Shown: positions 53,077 through 62,766 of the stretch, piece after piece
Layout: the number at the start of each line of letters is the position of its first letter
Numbering within the stretch: position 1 is the first letter of the stretch
From: an uncultured Candidatus Rokubacteria bacterium
Lineage (GTDB): Bacteria; Methylomirabilota; Methylomirabilia; Rokubacteriales; CSP1-6
Assembly (NCBI GenBank): GCA_963747235.1
Contig: CAVVEU010000024.1
Coordinates: 640,001 to 704,000 of the forward strand
DNA length: 64,000 nucleotides
Reading direction: 5' to 3'
Notes under the pieces: generated by a model
What the model saw: only the letters and a program-made list of their open reading frames with translations
Databases searched by the model: none
What the model was told of the DNA's origin: nothing
Position numbers and translations under genes: made by a program

Positions 53077-54429
53077 TTATCCGTAGATCTTCTTCAGCTC
53101 GCCCGACGCCCACGTGACCGCGTCTTCCGCCTTCATGCCCTGCACGCCCTTGGCAAACATGTCCACGACGACGTACTTGGAGTAGGCCTCGGTGGCCTTG
53201 GCCGACGGCTGCCCCGCGTACCCGAGGACCCGGGAGTTGTCGGCGGCGGTGCGGAAGCCCTTCATCGGCTCGTCGATCGTGCTCCACAGCGGATGCTGCT
53301 CCCAGAACTTGGTCGAGCCGATCGAGAAGCCCTCGGCCACCTGGAACCACTTGCCGAACTGCTCCTTGCCGTGGAGCCACTTGAGGAAGTCCTTGGCCAG
53401 CTTCTGGTTCTTCCCGTACTTCATGACCCCGTGGTGGAAGGAAGCCTGGTAGCTCGACGTGCCGGCCGGGCCCGCGGGCAGCCGCGCGTGCTGGATGTCA
53501 CGCACCATCGGCTCGCCCTTCTCGTCCTTGATCTTGTCCTGGCCGCGCTTGGCCGCGATGTAGATCGACGCCCCGTTCAGCGAGCCGCAGATCTCGCCGG
53601 CCAGGAAGGCCCGGTTGTTGTTGGTGTCGTCCCAGGCCAGGCCGCCCTCGTCGCAGCCGTCCTTCCAGAACGCGGTCATGAACTTGACCGCTTCCACCGT
53701 CCCCTTGCTGTCGATCACGGTCTTGCCGCTCTTGTCGACCTCCATCCCGCCGTAGTTCCACATCAGCGGGTACGCCCAGCCCGGAGCGTCGCCAAAGGTG
53801 TGCCCGAGGGTCTGGCCGTAGGGATGGCCCTTCTTCTTGAGCTTCGCGGTGACCTGGCGCAGCTCCTCGTACGTCTTGGGGAAGGTGGTGGCTCCGACCT
53901 CGTCGAACCACGACTTCCGGTAGGCGATGAGGCCGGGCACGATGCCGTGCGGCAGGGCCAGGTACTTGCCGCCCACCTTGACGTTGACGTCGGACAGGGT
54001 ATAGAGCGCGCCCTGCTCTTTCACCTGCCAGGCGACGAGATCGCTCACGTCGACGAGCCCGTTCGCGTAGAGGTGGGGCCAGTTGTGGAGCATCTGGATG
54101 ATGTCCGGGCCCGCGCCCGACTGCATGGCCGCGGTGATCCGCGCCTGGATGTCGTTGGCGTTGATGAACTCGAAGACCACCTCGGCCCCGAGCGCCTTGC
54201 TCGCGTCGCCAGCCTGGCGCTTGAGCTCCACGTCGCACGCGGGGATGAAATCCACCCAGCGGACGATGTTGAGCCGCGTGCCCTGGGCAAAGGCCGGGGC
54301 GCGTCGCGCGGCCAGGATGCCTTCCAGGCCGGCCGCCGCGGCGACACCCACGGTGGCGGACCCGGCCAGGAACGTGCGACGGCTGACAGTTGGTGAATCC
54401 GTGCTTGCGTTGCGCTCTGAAGTCGTCAT
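53077..54429 (-). CDS. CUT1 ABC substrate-binding protein with Tat signal
   Basis: SRRTFL; WVDFIP, GHTFGDA, WDDTNNNRAF. Confidence 0.93.
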   Translation of the reverse strand: MTTSERNASTDSPTVSRRTFLAGSATVGVAAAAGLEGILAARRAPAFAQGTRLNIVRWVDFIPACDVELKRQAGDASKALGAEVVFEFINANDIQARITAAMQSGAGPDIIQMLHNWPHLYANGLVDVSDLVAWQVKEQGALYTLSDVNVKVGGKYLALPHGIVPGLIAYRKSWFDEVGATTFPKTYEELRQVTAKLKKKGHPYGQTLGHTFGDAPGWAYPLMWNYGGMEVDKSGKTVIDSKGTVEAVKFMTAFWKDGCDEGGLAWDDTNNNRAFLAGEICGSLNGASIYIAAKRGQDKIKDEKGEPMVRDIQHARLPAGPAGTSSYQASFHHGVMKYGKNQKLAKDFLKWLHGKEQFGKWFQVAEGFSIGSTKFWEQHPLWSTIDEPMKGFRTAADNSRVLGYAGQPSAKATEAYSKYVVVDMFAKGVQGMKAEDAVTWASGELKKIYG

Positions 54430-54466
54430 CGACCCCTCTTCGGGCTCGCCGGTCGAGCCCCGCCGA

Positions 54467-55822
54467 TCAGGCCTCGTAGATCTTCTTGAGCTCGCCTTCA
54501 GCCCACTTGACGGCGTCCTCGGGCTTCATGCCCTGGACCGCCTTCGCGTACATGTCCACCACGATGTACTTCGAGAACGCCTCGGTCGCCTTGCCGGTGG
54601 ACGGCCCCCCGTAGCCGAAGATCCGGGTGTCCCGCGCCGCGGTGCGGAACATCTGGAGCGGCTTGTCGATCCGGCCCCACATGGCGTGCTTCTCCCACAC
54701 GGTGGTGGCGGCCACGCTGTAGCCCTCGCACACCTGGAACCACTTCTCGAAGTTCTCGTCCTTGTGCATCCAGCGGAGGAGATCCTTGGCCGGCTTCTGG
54801 TTCTTCGAGTACTTCATGATCGCGTGGCCGTTGCTGAAGTAGAGCGGGAAGATGCCCTTGCCGCCGGCCAGCGGGTAGATCGCGTGCTCGACGTCCAGGA
54901 AGAGCGGCTCGCCCTTGTCGTCCTTGATCTTTTCCTTCTGGCGCTTGGCCACGATGTAGATCGAGGCCCCGTTGAGGCTCGCGGAGATTTCGCCCGCGTG
55001 GAAGGCGCGGTTGTTGTTGGTGTCGTCCCACGCCAGCCCGCCCTCGTCACAGCCTTCCTTCCAGAGCGCGGTCATGTACTTGACCGACTCCAGCGTCTCC
55101 TTGGAGTTGATCACGACCTTCTTGCCGCTCGGATCGGTCTCGGCGCCGCCGAAGGACCAGAGCAGGGGATAGGCCCACGTCGGCGCGTCGCCGAAGGTGT
55201 GGCCCAAAGTCTGGCCGTAAGGCTTGCCCTTCTTCTTGAGCGCAGCGGAGGCCTTCCTCAGCTCGTCCCAGGTCTTCGGGAAGGCATCGAAGCCGACCTC
55301 CTTGAACCAGGACTTCCGGTAGGCGATGGCGTTTCCCACGATGGAGTGCGGCACGCCCAGCCACTTGCCCCCCACCTGGAACGACGGCTTGTAGACGCCG
55401 TAGAAGCCGCCCTGCGCCTTGCCCACCGGATCGGCGACGTCGCTGACGTCCACGAGCGCGTTCTGGTAGAGCTGGGGCCAGTTGTACGCCATCATGAAGA
55501 TGTCGGCGCCCGCGCCCGACTGAACCGCGGCGGTGATCCGGGGCTGCAGATCGTTGGCGTTGATCGTCTCGAGCGTCACCTCCGCCCCGAGGGCCTTGGA
55601 GGCTTCCGGCATCTGGCGCTTCAACTCGACGTCGGCCTCGGGGATAAAGTCGTTCCAGCGCACGAGATGGAGCTTGGTGCCCTGCGCGAAGGCCGGCGCG
55701 CGCCGGGCGGCCAGGATTCCCTCGATACCGCCGGCGAGCGTCGCGGCCGCTCCCGCGGTCTTGATGAACGTGCGGCGATCCACCTGGGTTACCGCGGTGC
55801 CCTTCGAGTCAGAACTGCTCAT
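54467..55822 (-). CDS. CUT1 ABC substrate-binding protein with Tat signal (tandem paralog of 53077-54429)
   Basis: DRRTFIK; WNDFIP, GHTFGDA, WDDTNNNRAF; long stretches identical to the neighbouring gene. Confidence 0.93.
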   Translation of the reverse strand: MSSSDSKGTAVTQVDRRTFIKTAGAAATLAGGIEGILAARRAPAFAQGTKLHLVRWNDFIPEADVELKRQMPEASKALGAEVTLETINANDLQPRITAAVQSGAGADIFMMAYNWPQLYQNALVDVSDVADPVGKAQGGFYGVYKPSFQVGGKWLGVPHSIVGNAIAYRKSWFKEVGFDAFPKTWDELRKASAALKKKGKPYGQTLGHTFGDAPTWAYPLLWSFGGAETDPSGKKVVINSKETLESVKYMTALWKEGCDEGGLAWDDTNNNRAFHAGEISASLNGASIYIVAKRQKEKIKDDKGEPLFLDVEHAIYPLAGGKGIFPLYFSNGHAIMKYSKNQKPAKDLLRWMHKDENFEKWFQVCEGYSVAATTVWEKHAMWGRIDKPLQMFRTAARDTRIFGYGGPSTGKATEAFSKYIVVDMYAKAVQGMKPEDAVKWAEGELKKIYEA

Positions 55823-55997
55823 GATCAGGTCCTCCTTGACCGGTGAACTGTCGGTAGCGTGGTGGCCTTCCGTCGCGCCTCAAGCGCGCGAGCTTTCCCC
55901 GGCGGGGTGGGCGCCCCGGCTGCGAGGTCGAGACCTCGTGAAGGCCATCACGGAGAGTGCGATTGGGATGGTTAAGCGCGCTGGCTAAAGGTGGCAG

Positions 55998-56027
55998 ATT
56001 CTTGCAAGGAACCCCCACCCCTGTCAA
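55998..56027 (-). promoter_or_regulatory. Sigma70-type promoter of the long minus-strand ABC operon
   Basis: Minus strand TTGACA-N18-AAGAAT. Confidence 0.5.
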
Positions 56028-56041
56028 CGGGAAACGGCCGT

Positions 56042-57376
56042 TCAGCCGCCCAGGGCTGGGCTCGGCCGCGGCACCGGGACCGTCACCGGGGCCCGGAGCG
56101 TCACGCCCAGAACAATCGCCATCACCCCGATCGCGAACGAGCCCAGGAACAGCCACTGGTAGGTACCCAGCAGGTCGTGGATGGCCCCCCCGGCATAGGA
56201 GCCCAGGCCCATCCCGATGCACGAGATGAAGAAGACCCCTCCGTAGGCCGTGCCCAGGGCGCGCTCACCGAAGTACTCCCGCGTGACGAGGGCGTACAGC
56301 GGCATGGCGCCCCCGTAGGCGACGCCGAAGGCCAGGGAGAGGGTCCAGAGCGCCCCCTCGCTGCCGGCGAAGAGGTAGAGGAAGATGAGCGCGGCCTGCA
56401 GGCTCAGGGCGGTCAGCAGCGTGCGCTTGGCGCCGACCCGATCGGCCACCATGCCCGTGCCGATGCGGCCGAAGATGGACGTCAGCCCCGACGCCCCGAG
56501 GATGCCGGCCGCCGCCATCTTAGGCACGCCCTGGTCCATGGCATGGCTGACCAGATGGAAGAGCGGCCCCGAATGTGCCGCGCAGCAGCAAAAATGCGTC
56601 AGCGCAATCGCCCAGAAGGGCCAGGTACTCCAGGGTGAACCCACACCAGGAGCAAGAACGGGAACCGAAGCCGGAGACGGTCGTCCGCCACTGGGGGAGT
56701 GCGGGGGCCATTTCTGGGCCCCCGCATTGGACAAGCTTAAAGAACTAAACGGTAATCTGCCGGACGGTTGCCCGCGACCAGACGGTCGTCCGCCGGACGG
56801 TTGTCCGCCAGAAGGCGCCCTCAGCAGCAACGCGGTCGGCAGCACCACGACCCACGCCAGGTTCCCCAGCACCAGGAACGCCACGCGCCAGTCGAACTCG
56901 CTGATCAGCCAGCGGCTCAAGGGAGCCAGCGCGAGGATGCCGAGCCCGTTGCCGGCGGAGACGACCGCGGCGGCCATGCCGCGACGGCCCTCGAACCACT
57001 TGATGGCCAGCACGGTGAGCGGCACGTAGAAGGCGCTCACGCCCGCGCCCACCAGGAGCCCGAAGGTCACGTAGAGCTGCCAGACCTCCTGCACGTAGCT
57101 CGAGAGCACGAGGCCGAGGCCGAGCAGCACCGCGCCCACCATCACGACGCGGCGCGTGCCCAGGCGGTCCGAGACGAAGCCGGACACCACGCCGCCCGCG
57201 CCCATCACGATCCAGTTGAAGAGGCCGATGGCGCCGATGCCGGACCGGCTCCAGCCCATGGATTCCTCGATGGGCCGGAGGAAGACGCCGAGCGTGAAGA
57301 GCGTGCCGATGGACATGGTGATGATGACGAAGGCCGCCGCCAGCACCACCCAGCCGTAGAAGAATCGCTGCGTCAT
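56042..57376 (-). CDS. MFS transporter (OFA/MCT-like) with an expanded central loop
   Basis: FFYGWVV, SDRLGTRRV, KWFEGRRGMA, ADRVGAKR, REYFG. Confidence 0.9.
   Translation of the reverse strand: MTQRFFYGWVVLAAAFVIITMSIGTLFTLGVFLRPIEESMGWSRSGIGAIGLFNWIVMGAGGVVSGFVSDRLGTRRVVMVGAVLLGLGLVLSSYVQEVWQLYVTFGLLVGAGVSAFYVPLTVLAIKWFEGRRGMAAAVVSAGNGLGILALAPLSRWLISEFDWRVAFLVLGNLAWVVVLPTALLLRAPSGGQPSGGRPSGRGQPSGRLPFSSLSLSNAGAQKWPPHSPSGGRPSPASVPVLAPGVGSPWSTWPFWAIALTHFCCCAAHSGPLFHLVSHAMDQGVPKMAAAGILGASGLTSIFGRIGTGMVADRVGAKRTLLTALSLQAALIFLYLFAGSEGALWTLSLAFGVAYGGAMPLYALVTREYFGERALGTAYGGVFFISCIGMGLGSYAGGAIHDLLGTYQWLFLGSFAIGVMAIVLGVTLRAPVTVPVPRPSPALGG
56676..56810. repeat. Palindromic element with 15-bp direct repeats, in frame within the MFS gene
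   Basis: TGCGGGGGCC-N7-GGCCCCCGCA at 56700-56726, AT-rich tract at 56727-56757, GACGGTYGYCCGC repeats at 56676, 56763, 56781, 56796. Confidence 0.75.
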
Positions 57377-57394
57377 GAGAATCGCTGCGTCATG
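57361..57394. repeat. 17-bp tandem duplication of the MFS start region
   Basis: AGAATCGCTGCGTCATG x2. Confidence 0.85.
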
Positions 57395-58580
57395 AAATCG
57401 CCATTGCCCTCTCGCGCACGGGGATGAGCAAGAGTAGCGCGAGCACCATGCCCGCGGCCAGCGTTCCCCACGCGAAGCCGTAGCCGCCCACGCCCTCCAC
57501 CACGAGGCCGAACACGGGCGGGCAGACCGTGACGCCCAGCGAGGAGATCGCGAGGCCGAGCCCGACCGCGGTGCCCGCCGCGCGCGGTCCGGCCAGCTCG
57601 GCCATCAGCGTGTGCTGCACGCCGTTCCAGCCGACGCCGAAGAAGCCGATGCCGGCGGCCAGCGGCACCAGCAACGCGGGGCCGGCGCCCGGCGCGGCGC
57701 TCCCGAGCAGGAGCGCGCAGGCCATCGAGCCCAGGCCCGCGATCGCGAGCACGATGCGGCGCCGCCCCCCGAAGACCCGGTCGGACAGCAGCCCGAACAG
57801 CACGCGCCCGGCCACGCCGCTGACCTGTGCCGCGACCAGGTACTTGGCCGCCACCACGAGCGGGAGCTGCACGACGTCCCGCAGGTAGAGCACGAGGAAG
57901 GAGAGGAACACGGTCTGCACGCCCGCGAAGATCAGCGTGCTGACGCCGACCAGCCACAGATCGCGATTGGCCAGCACCGCCCAGAAGCCGGCGCGGGCGC
58001 GCGCGGGCCCGGGCGCGGCCGGCTCCGGCAGATCGCGATAGAGCGCCCACGTCAGGAGCGCGAGGCCGCCGACCACCGCCGCCGAGAACGCGACCGCGGT
58101 GCGCCACCCGAAGGCCAGCGCCAGCGGGGGCATCATCAGCGCGCCCAGCGCGCCGCCGCCCGGCAGGCCGATCTGCTTGAGGCCCACGACGGTGGCGCGC
58201 TGGTGCGGCGGGAACCACGCCATGCCCGCCTTGGTGGTGGTGGGGTTGAGGACGCCGTAACCGGCGCCGGCCAGCACCAGGATCACGACCAGGAACGGAA
58301 AGCTCGGCGCCGCGGCGGCCGCGAAGAGCCCGATCGCGATCAGCCCTTGCCCCAGGATCATGGCGCCGCGCACGCCCCAGCGGTCGGCGAGCCAGCCCGC
58401 GGGCAGCGAGACCAGCACCGGCCCGATGTAGTAGGCGGAGAGGAACGAGCCCGCCTGCGTCACGGAGAGCCCGAGGTCCTCGCGGATGAGCGGCGCGATG
58501 GAGGGGATGCCGAGGGGACCCACGTTGGCCATGACCTGGGCGGCCATGATCAGGGCCAGGACGGCCCAGCGATTGGTCAC
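57390..58580 (-). CDS. MFS transporter (ACS/sugar-acid-like)
   Basis: GWLADRWG, WFPPHQRATVVGLKQ, GLLSDR; GTGA overlap with kdsB. Confidence 0.88.
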   Translation of the reverse strand: MTNRWAVLALIMAAQVMANVGPLGIPSIAPLIREDLGLSVTQAGSFLSAYYIGPVLVSLPAGWLADRWGVRGAMILGQGLIAIGLFAAAAAPSFPFLVVILVLAGAGYGVLNPTTTKAGMAWFPPHQRATVVGLKQIGLPGGGALGALMMPPLALAFGWRTAVAFSAAVVGGLALLTWALYRDLPEPAAPGPARARAGFWAVLANRDLWLVGVSTLIFAGVQTVFLSFLVLYLRDVVQLPLVVAAKYLVAAQVSGVAGRVLFGLLSDRVFGGRRRIVLAIAGLGSMACALLLGSAAPGAGPALLVPLAAGIGFFGVGWNGVQHTLMAELAGPRAAGTAVGLGLAISSLGVTVCPPVFGLVVEGVGGYGFAWGTLAAGMVLALLLLIPVRERAMAIS

Positions 58581-59308
58581 CGCGGTCGCGACGACAGCAG
58601 GGCCTCGACGGCCCGCAGGTCCTCCTCGGTGTCCACCCCGATCGTGGGCTGATCCGTCTCGAGCACGCGGATGGGAATGCCCGCCTCCAGGAGGCGGAGC
58701 TGCTCGAGCTGCTCGGCCCGCTCGAGGGAGGACGGGGGCAGGGCGTGATAGGTCTCCAGCACGGAGCGCCGGTAGGCGTAGAGGCCGATGTGCTTCCAGT
58801 GCGTGACGTCGCCCCGGCCGTCGCGGTCGAAGGGGATGGGCAGGCGGGAGAAGTAGAGCGCGTCGCCGTGCACGTTGGTGACGACCTTGTTGGCGGTGCG
58901 GCTCGCGACTTCCGCGGGCGTGGCGCGGATCTTCAGCGTGGTGACCTGCACCTCGGGCTCGTTGAGGAAGGGCCGGACCAGCCCCTCGATGTGGGCCGGG
59001 GAGATCAGCGGCTCGTCGCCCTGGATATTGACGTATACGTCGGCGGCGCGGGCCCGGGACACCTCCCACAGCCGGTCGGTGCCCGAGATGTGATCGCCCC
59101 GCGTCATCACCGCCGGGACGTGGTGGGCGTGGCACGCGGCCACGACCTCCTCGCTGTCGGTGGCCACCAGGAGGTCGGAGAGCAGCGGGGAGATGCGCGC
59201 CCGCCGGAAGACCTCCACCACCATGGGCACCCCGCGAATCTCGCGCAGTACCTTGCGGGGCAGGCGCGTGGAGGACAGCCGCGCCGGGATCACGCCCAGG
59301 ATGATCAC
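58577..59308 (-). CDS. kdsB: 3-deoxy-manno-octulosonate cytidylyltransferase
   Basis: IPARLSSTRLPRK, VATD, SGTDR, NIQGDEP, ALYFSR, HIGLYAY, LEQLRLLE, GVDTEEDL. Confidence 0.94.
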   Translation of the reverse strand: MIILGVIPARLSSTRLPRKVLREIRGVPMVVEVFRRARISPLLSDLLVATDSEEVVAACHAHHVPAVMTRGDHISGTDRLWEVSRARAADVYVNIQGDEPLISPAHIEGLVRPFLNEPEVQVTTLKIRATPAEVASRTANKVVTNVHGDALYFSRLPIPFDRDGRGDVTHWKHIGLYAYRRSVLETYHALPPSSLERAEQLEQLRLLEAGIPIRVLETDQPTIGVDTEEDLRAVEALLSSRPR

Positions 59309-59352
59309 GCCGTTACCCTACCAGAACCACCCGCCGGGCGTCCGGCCGGAAG

Positions 59353-59382
59353 TTGACACTCCTCCGGAGCGAGTGCCATAAT
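59353..59382 (+). promoter_or_regulatory. Sigma70-type promoter
   Basis: TTGACA-N18-CATAAT with extended TG. Confidence 0.65.
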
Positions 59383-59525
59383 CCTTCAATCTCGCTCCGA
59401 TTGGCCACACGTCTCGGCATCGCCGCGCGTCCGCCATCCCGAGGGTAAGATCAGGAACATGGATACCCAGCGTCGGGACCTTGTCCGCTCATCCGGTCCG
59501 GCCGGCGGTGCCGGGGCTTGAGCGC

Positions 59526-60467
59526 ATGACCAACGGCCGTGAGCTGGTCGGCGCCCGGGCGGAATCGGTCGTGCGGCCGCAGATGTCATCGCGAGTCGGC
59601 TGGTTCCAGCGCGAGTCGGTGCAGGGCTTCGTGTGGATCGCTCCCGCGTTTCTCTACCTGGCCTTCTTCATCGCCTACCCGTTCTTCATGTCGATCTACC
59701 TGTCGGTCTCGAGCGCCCGCGTCGGCTCGCCCGACTCCCACTTCGTGGGCCTGCAGAACTACACGCGCCTGTTCGCGGACCCGACGTTCTGGCAGACGGT
59801 GCGCAACTCGTTCGTCTTCACCATCGGCTCCGAGCTGATCCGGCTCATCATCGGCCTGCCGCTGGCCTTCGCCCTCAACCGCTCGTTCAAGGGCAAGCGC
59901 ATCGCGCAGGGGATCATCCTCATCCCGTTCGTGATCCCGATCGCGCTCTCGTCGCTCGCGTGGAAGTGGATGTTCGATTCGCTCTACAGCGTCATCAACT
60001 GGATGCTGATGCGCGCGCACATCATCGACTACCCGTGGCAGTGGCTGGGCGAGCCCGGGCTGGCCATGTGGTCGGTCATCATCATGAACGTCTGGCGCGG
60101 CTTCCCGTTCTCGGCGGTGATCCTGCTCGCGGGGCTGACCGCGGTGCCCCAGGAGGTCATCGAGGCGGCCAAGATCGACGGCGCCGGCCCGCTGCGCCGC
60201 TTCCACTACGTGATCGTGCCCATCGTGCGGCCGATCCTGCTGGTGGGCCTGCTCTACTCGGTGGTGTTCTCGTTCACCGACTTCTCCGCGGTGTGGCTCC
60301 TGACCCAGGGCGGGCCCTACAACACCACGCACGTGTTCGGGACCTATGCCTACAATATCGGCATCAACGCGGGGGACCTGGGCATGGGGGCGGCCATCAC
60401 GCTCTTCATCTTCCCGTTTCTCGCCCTGATCGTGATCCTCATGCTACGGTTTCTCCGGAGGGAATAG
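59526..60467 (+). CDS. CUT1 ABC permease, MalF-like
   Basis: FVGLQNY, NVWRGFPF, EAAKIDGA, LTQGGP. Confidence 0.93.
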   Translation: MTNGRELVGARAESVVRPQMSSRVGWFQRESVQGFVWIAPAFLYLAFFIAYPFFMSIYLSVSSARVGSPDSHFVGLQNYTRLFADPTFWQTVRNSFVFTIGSELIRLIIGLPLAFALNRSFKGKRIAQGIILIPFVIPIALSSLAWKWMFDSLYSVINWMLMRAHIIDYPWQWLGEPGLAMWSVIIMNVWRGFPFSAVILLAGLTAVPQEVIEAAKIDGAGPLRRFHYVIVPIVRPILLVGLLYSVVFSFTDFSAVWLLTQGGPYNTTHVFGTYAYNIGINAGDLGMGAAITLFIFPFLALIVILMLRFLRRE

Positions 60468-60470
60468 GGC

Positions 60471-61322
60471 ATGGCCGCCCATGGAGCCTGGCGTCGAATC
60501 AAGCGCGACTACGGTCCGTACCTGCCGCTCTCGCCCTACCTCTTCGTGGTGCTGTTTCCGTTCTACTGGATGGTCATCACCGCCTTCAAGCGGGACCGGG
60601 ATCTCTACAACCTGGAGACCGCCCCGTTCTGGTTCAAGGAGGCGCCGACTCTCGCCCACGTGAAGCTCTTGCTCCAGGGCACCCTGTTCCTCACGTGGCT
60701 GCAGAACAGCCTCATGATCGGCGTGCTGGTGGTGATCATCACGCTCCTGCTGGCGCTGCCCGCCGCCTACGCGCTGGCTCGCATGCGCTTCCCGGGAGCC
60801 CAGCCGCTCTCCACCGCGATGTTCCTCTCCTACCTGATCCCGTCGACCCTGCTGTTCATCCCGCTCTCCCAGGTGGTGCGCGGGCTCGGGTTCATCGACT
60901 CGGTGTGGGCGCTGGTCATCGTGTATCCCTCCTTCACGCTGCCGTTCTGCACCTGGCTCCTCATGGGGTTCGTGCGGACGGTGCCGAAGGAGATCGAGGA
61001 GAGCGCCCAGATCGACGGCTGCACCCGCTTCCAGGCCTTCCGCATGATCATCATCCCGGTCATCGTGCCCGGCATCATCACCGCCGGGATCTTCGCCTTC
61101 ACGCTCACCTACCAGGAGTTCATCTACGCCCTGACGTTCATCTCCGCGTCCGCCAACAAGACGATCTCGTATGGGGTCACGAGCGACCTCATCCGCGGGG
61201 ACGTCTTCTACTGGGGCTCGCTCATGTCGGGCGCGCTCATCGGCGCGGTGCCGGTGGCCATCGTGTACGCGTTCAGCCTCGACCACTTCATCCACGGGCT
61301 CACCGCCGGCGCCCTGAAGTGA
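60471..61322 (+). CDS. CUT1 ABC permease, MalG-like
   Basis: LFPFYWM, PFCTWLL, EESAQIDG, GDVFYWGSLM. Confidence 0.93.
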   Translation: MAAHGAWRRIKRDYGPYLPLSPYLFVVLFPFYWMVITAFKRDRDLYNLETAPFWFKEAPTLAHVKLLLQGTLFLTWLQNSLMIGVLVVIITLLLALPAAYALARMRFPGAQPLSTAMFLSYLIPSTLLFIPLSQVVRGLGFIDSVWALVIVYPSFTLPFCTWLLMGFVRTVPKEIEESAQIDGCTRFQAFRMIIIPVIVPGIITAGIFAFTLTYQEFIYALTFISASANKTISYGVTSDLIRGDVFYWGSLMSGALIGAVPVAIVYAFSLDHFIHGLTAGALK

Positions 61323-61357
61323 TCCGCAGCACTCACGACCTCAAGGAGGAGAACCGC

Positions 61358-62655
61358 ATGAGCAAGGTTTCGCGACGGCAGTTCCTCGGTACCACGGCGG
61401 GCGCCACCGCCGCCTCCGCGTTCCCCCACGTCTGGATCCGCCCCGCGTGGGCGCAGGCCAAGGAGGTCCGGGTGCTCGCCTGGACCCACTTCGTGCCCTC
61501 TTACGACAAGTGGTTCGACACCTTCGCCGAGCAGTGGAGCGCCAAGAGCGGGATCAAGGTCACCATCGACCACATTCCGCACCTGCAGATCCCGGCCAAG
61601 ATCGCGGCCGAGGTCGCGACCCAGTCGGGCCACGACATCGTCCAGCTCGTGGGCACCGGCACCGAGAAGTGGGCCACCGCTCTCATGGACGTGCAGGACG
61701 TGGCCGACAAGCTCGGGAAGAAGTACGGGGGCTGGACGCCGTTGGCCGACAACTACTGCAAGGTCGCGGCCGACGGCAAGTTCCACGCGATCCCCGACTT
61801 CTTCATCGACTTCCCCGGCCTCTACCGAAAGGATCTGTGGAGCGAGATCGGCATGCCCAACGGCCCCGATACCTGGGAGGACCTGCACAAGGGCGGCATG
61901 AAGCTCAAGGCCAAGGGCTTCCCGATCGGCATCGGCCTCGCCCACCACGACGACTCCCGCGCCTCGTGGCGGGCCATCATGTGGTCCTACGGCGGTTCCG
62001 AGGTCGCCAAGGACGGCAAGACCATCACGTACAACTCCAAGGACGTGCGCGAGGCGCTCAAGTTCAACAAGGCGCTCTACAAGGATTGCATGACCCCCGA
62101 GGTGCATGGCGTGGGACGACGCCTCCAACAACCGGTTCCTCGCCTCGGGTCGCGCCTCCTGGATCCACAATCCGATCAGCGCCTACCGGACGATCGAGGG
62201 CTCGAACAAGGAGCTGGCCGACAAGATCTTCGTGCCAACTCTCCCCGAAGGGCCCGGCGACGCGGCGCTCGTTCGCCAACTGCCGCGCCTACGGGGTCAC
62301 CAAGTTCTCCAAGAACGCGGACGGCGCGAAGGCGTTCCTGGAAGCGCTGGTGGACAGCTACCGCGACGGCGCGCGGGCCAGCACCGGCTACAACATGCCG
62401 TTCCTCAAGAACTACGCGAAGCCGCCGTTCCCGATCATCAGCGAGGACCCGAAGCTGAAGCCGCTCGAGCAGGACGCCGAGTACCACTTCACCACCGGCT
62501 ACCCGGGCCCGCTCACTCCGGCCGCGGACGAGGTCTACCAGCAGTTCATCATGGTGGACGCGCTCGCCCAGTTCGCGACCGACAAGATGGACCTGGAGCA
62601 GACCGTGAAGTGGGCCGAGGATAAGATCAAGGCCATCTACGCCAAGTTCGTCTAG
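61358..62655 (+). CDS. CUT1 ABC substrate-binding protein with Tat signal (apparent frameshifts near 62105 and 62235)
   Basis: AAGGAGG RBS; SRRQFL; WTHFVP, HHDDS, WDDASNNR. Confidence 0.88.
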
Positions 62656-62664
62656 AAGAGCCGT

Positions 62665-62709
62665 CCCTCCTCACCCTCTCCCCGCTCGGGGAGAGGGTAG
62701 GGTGAGGGG
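62665..62709. repeat. BoxC-like/REP-type palindromic element
   Basis: ACCCTCTCCCC-GCTC-GGGGAGAGGGT followed by AGGGTGAGGGG. Confidence 0.7.
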
Positions 62710-62730
62710 CGGGATGGTGAGACGGAACCG

Positions 62731-62765
62731 GGGGCAGCGGCGATCGCCGCTGCCCCTTTGTCTTC
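62731..62765 (+). terminator. Intrinsic terminator between convergent ABC operons
   Basis: GGGGCAGCGGCG-AT-CGCCGCTGCCCC followed by TTTGTCTT. Confidence 0.7.
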
Positions 62766-62766
62766 C

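Noticed and set aside
51248-53380. Fused MalF-MalG permease of 710 aa
   Set aside because: One missing base near 52125 explains it; a TAG at 52104 and a TTG start at 52099 match the two-gene layout of the paralogs
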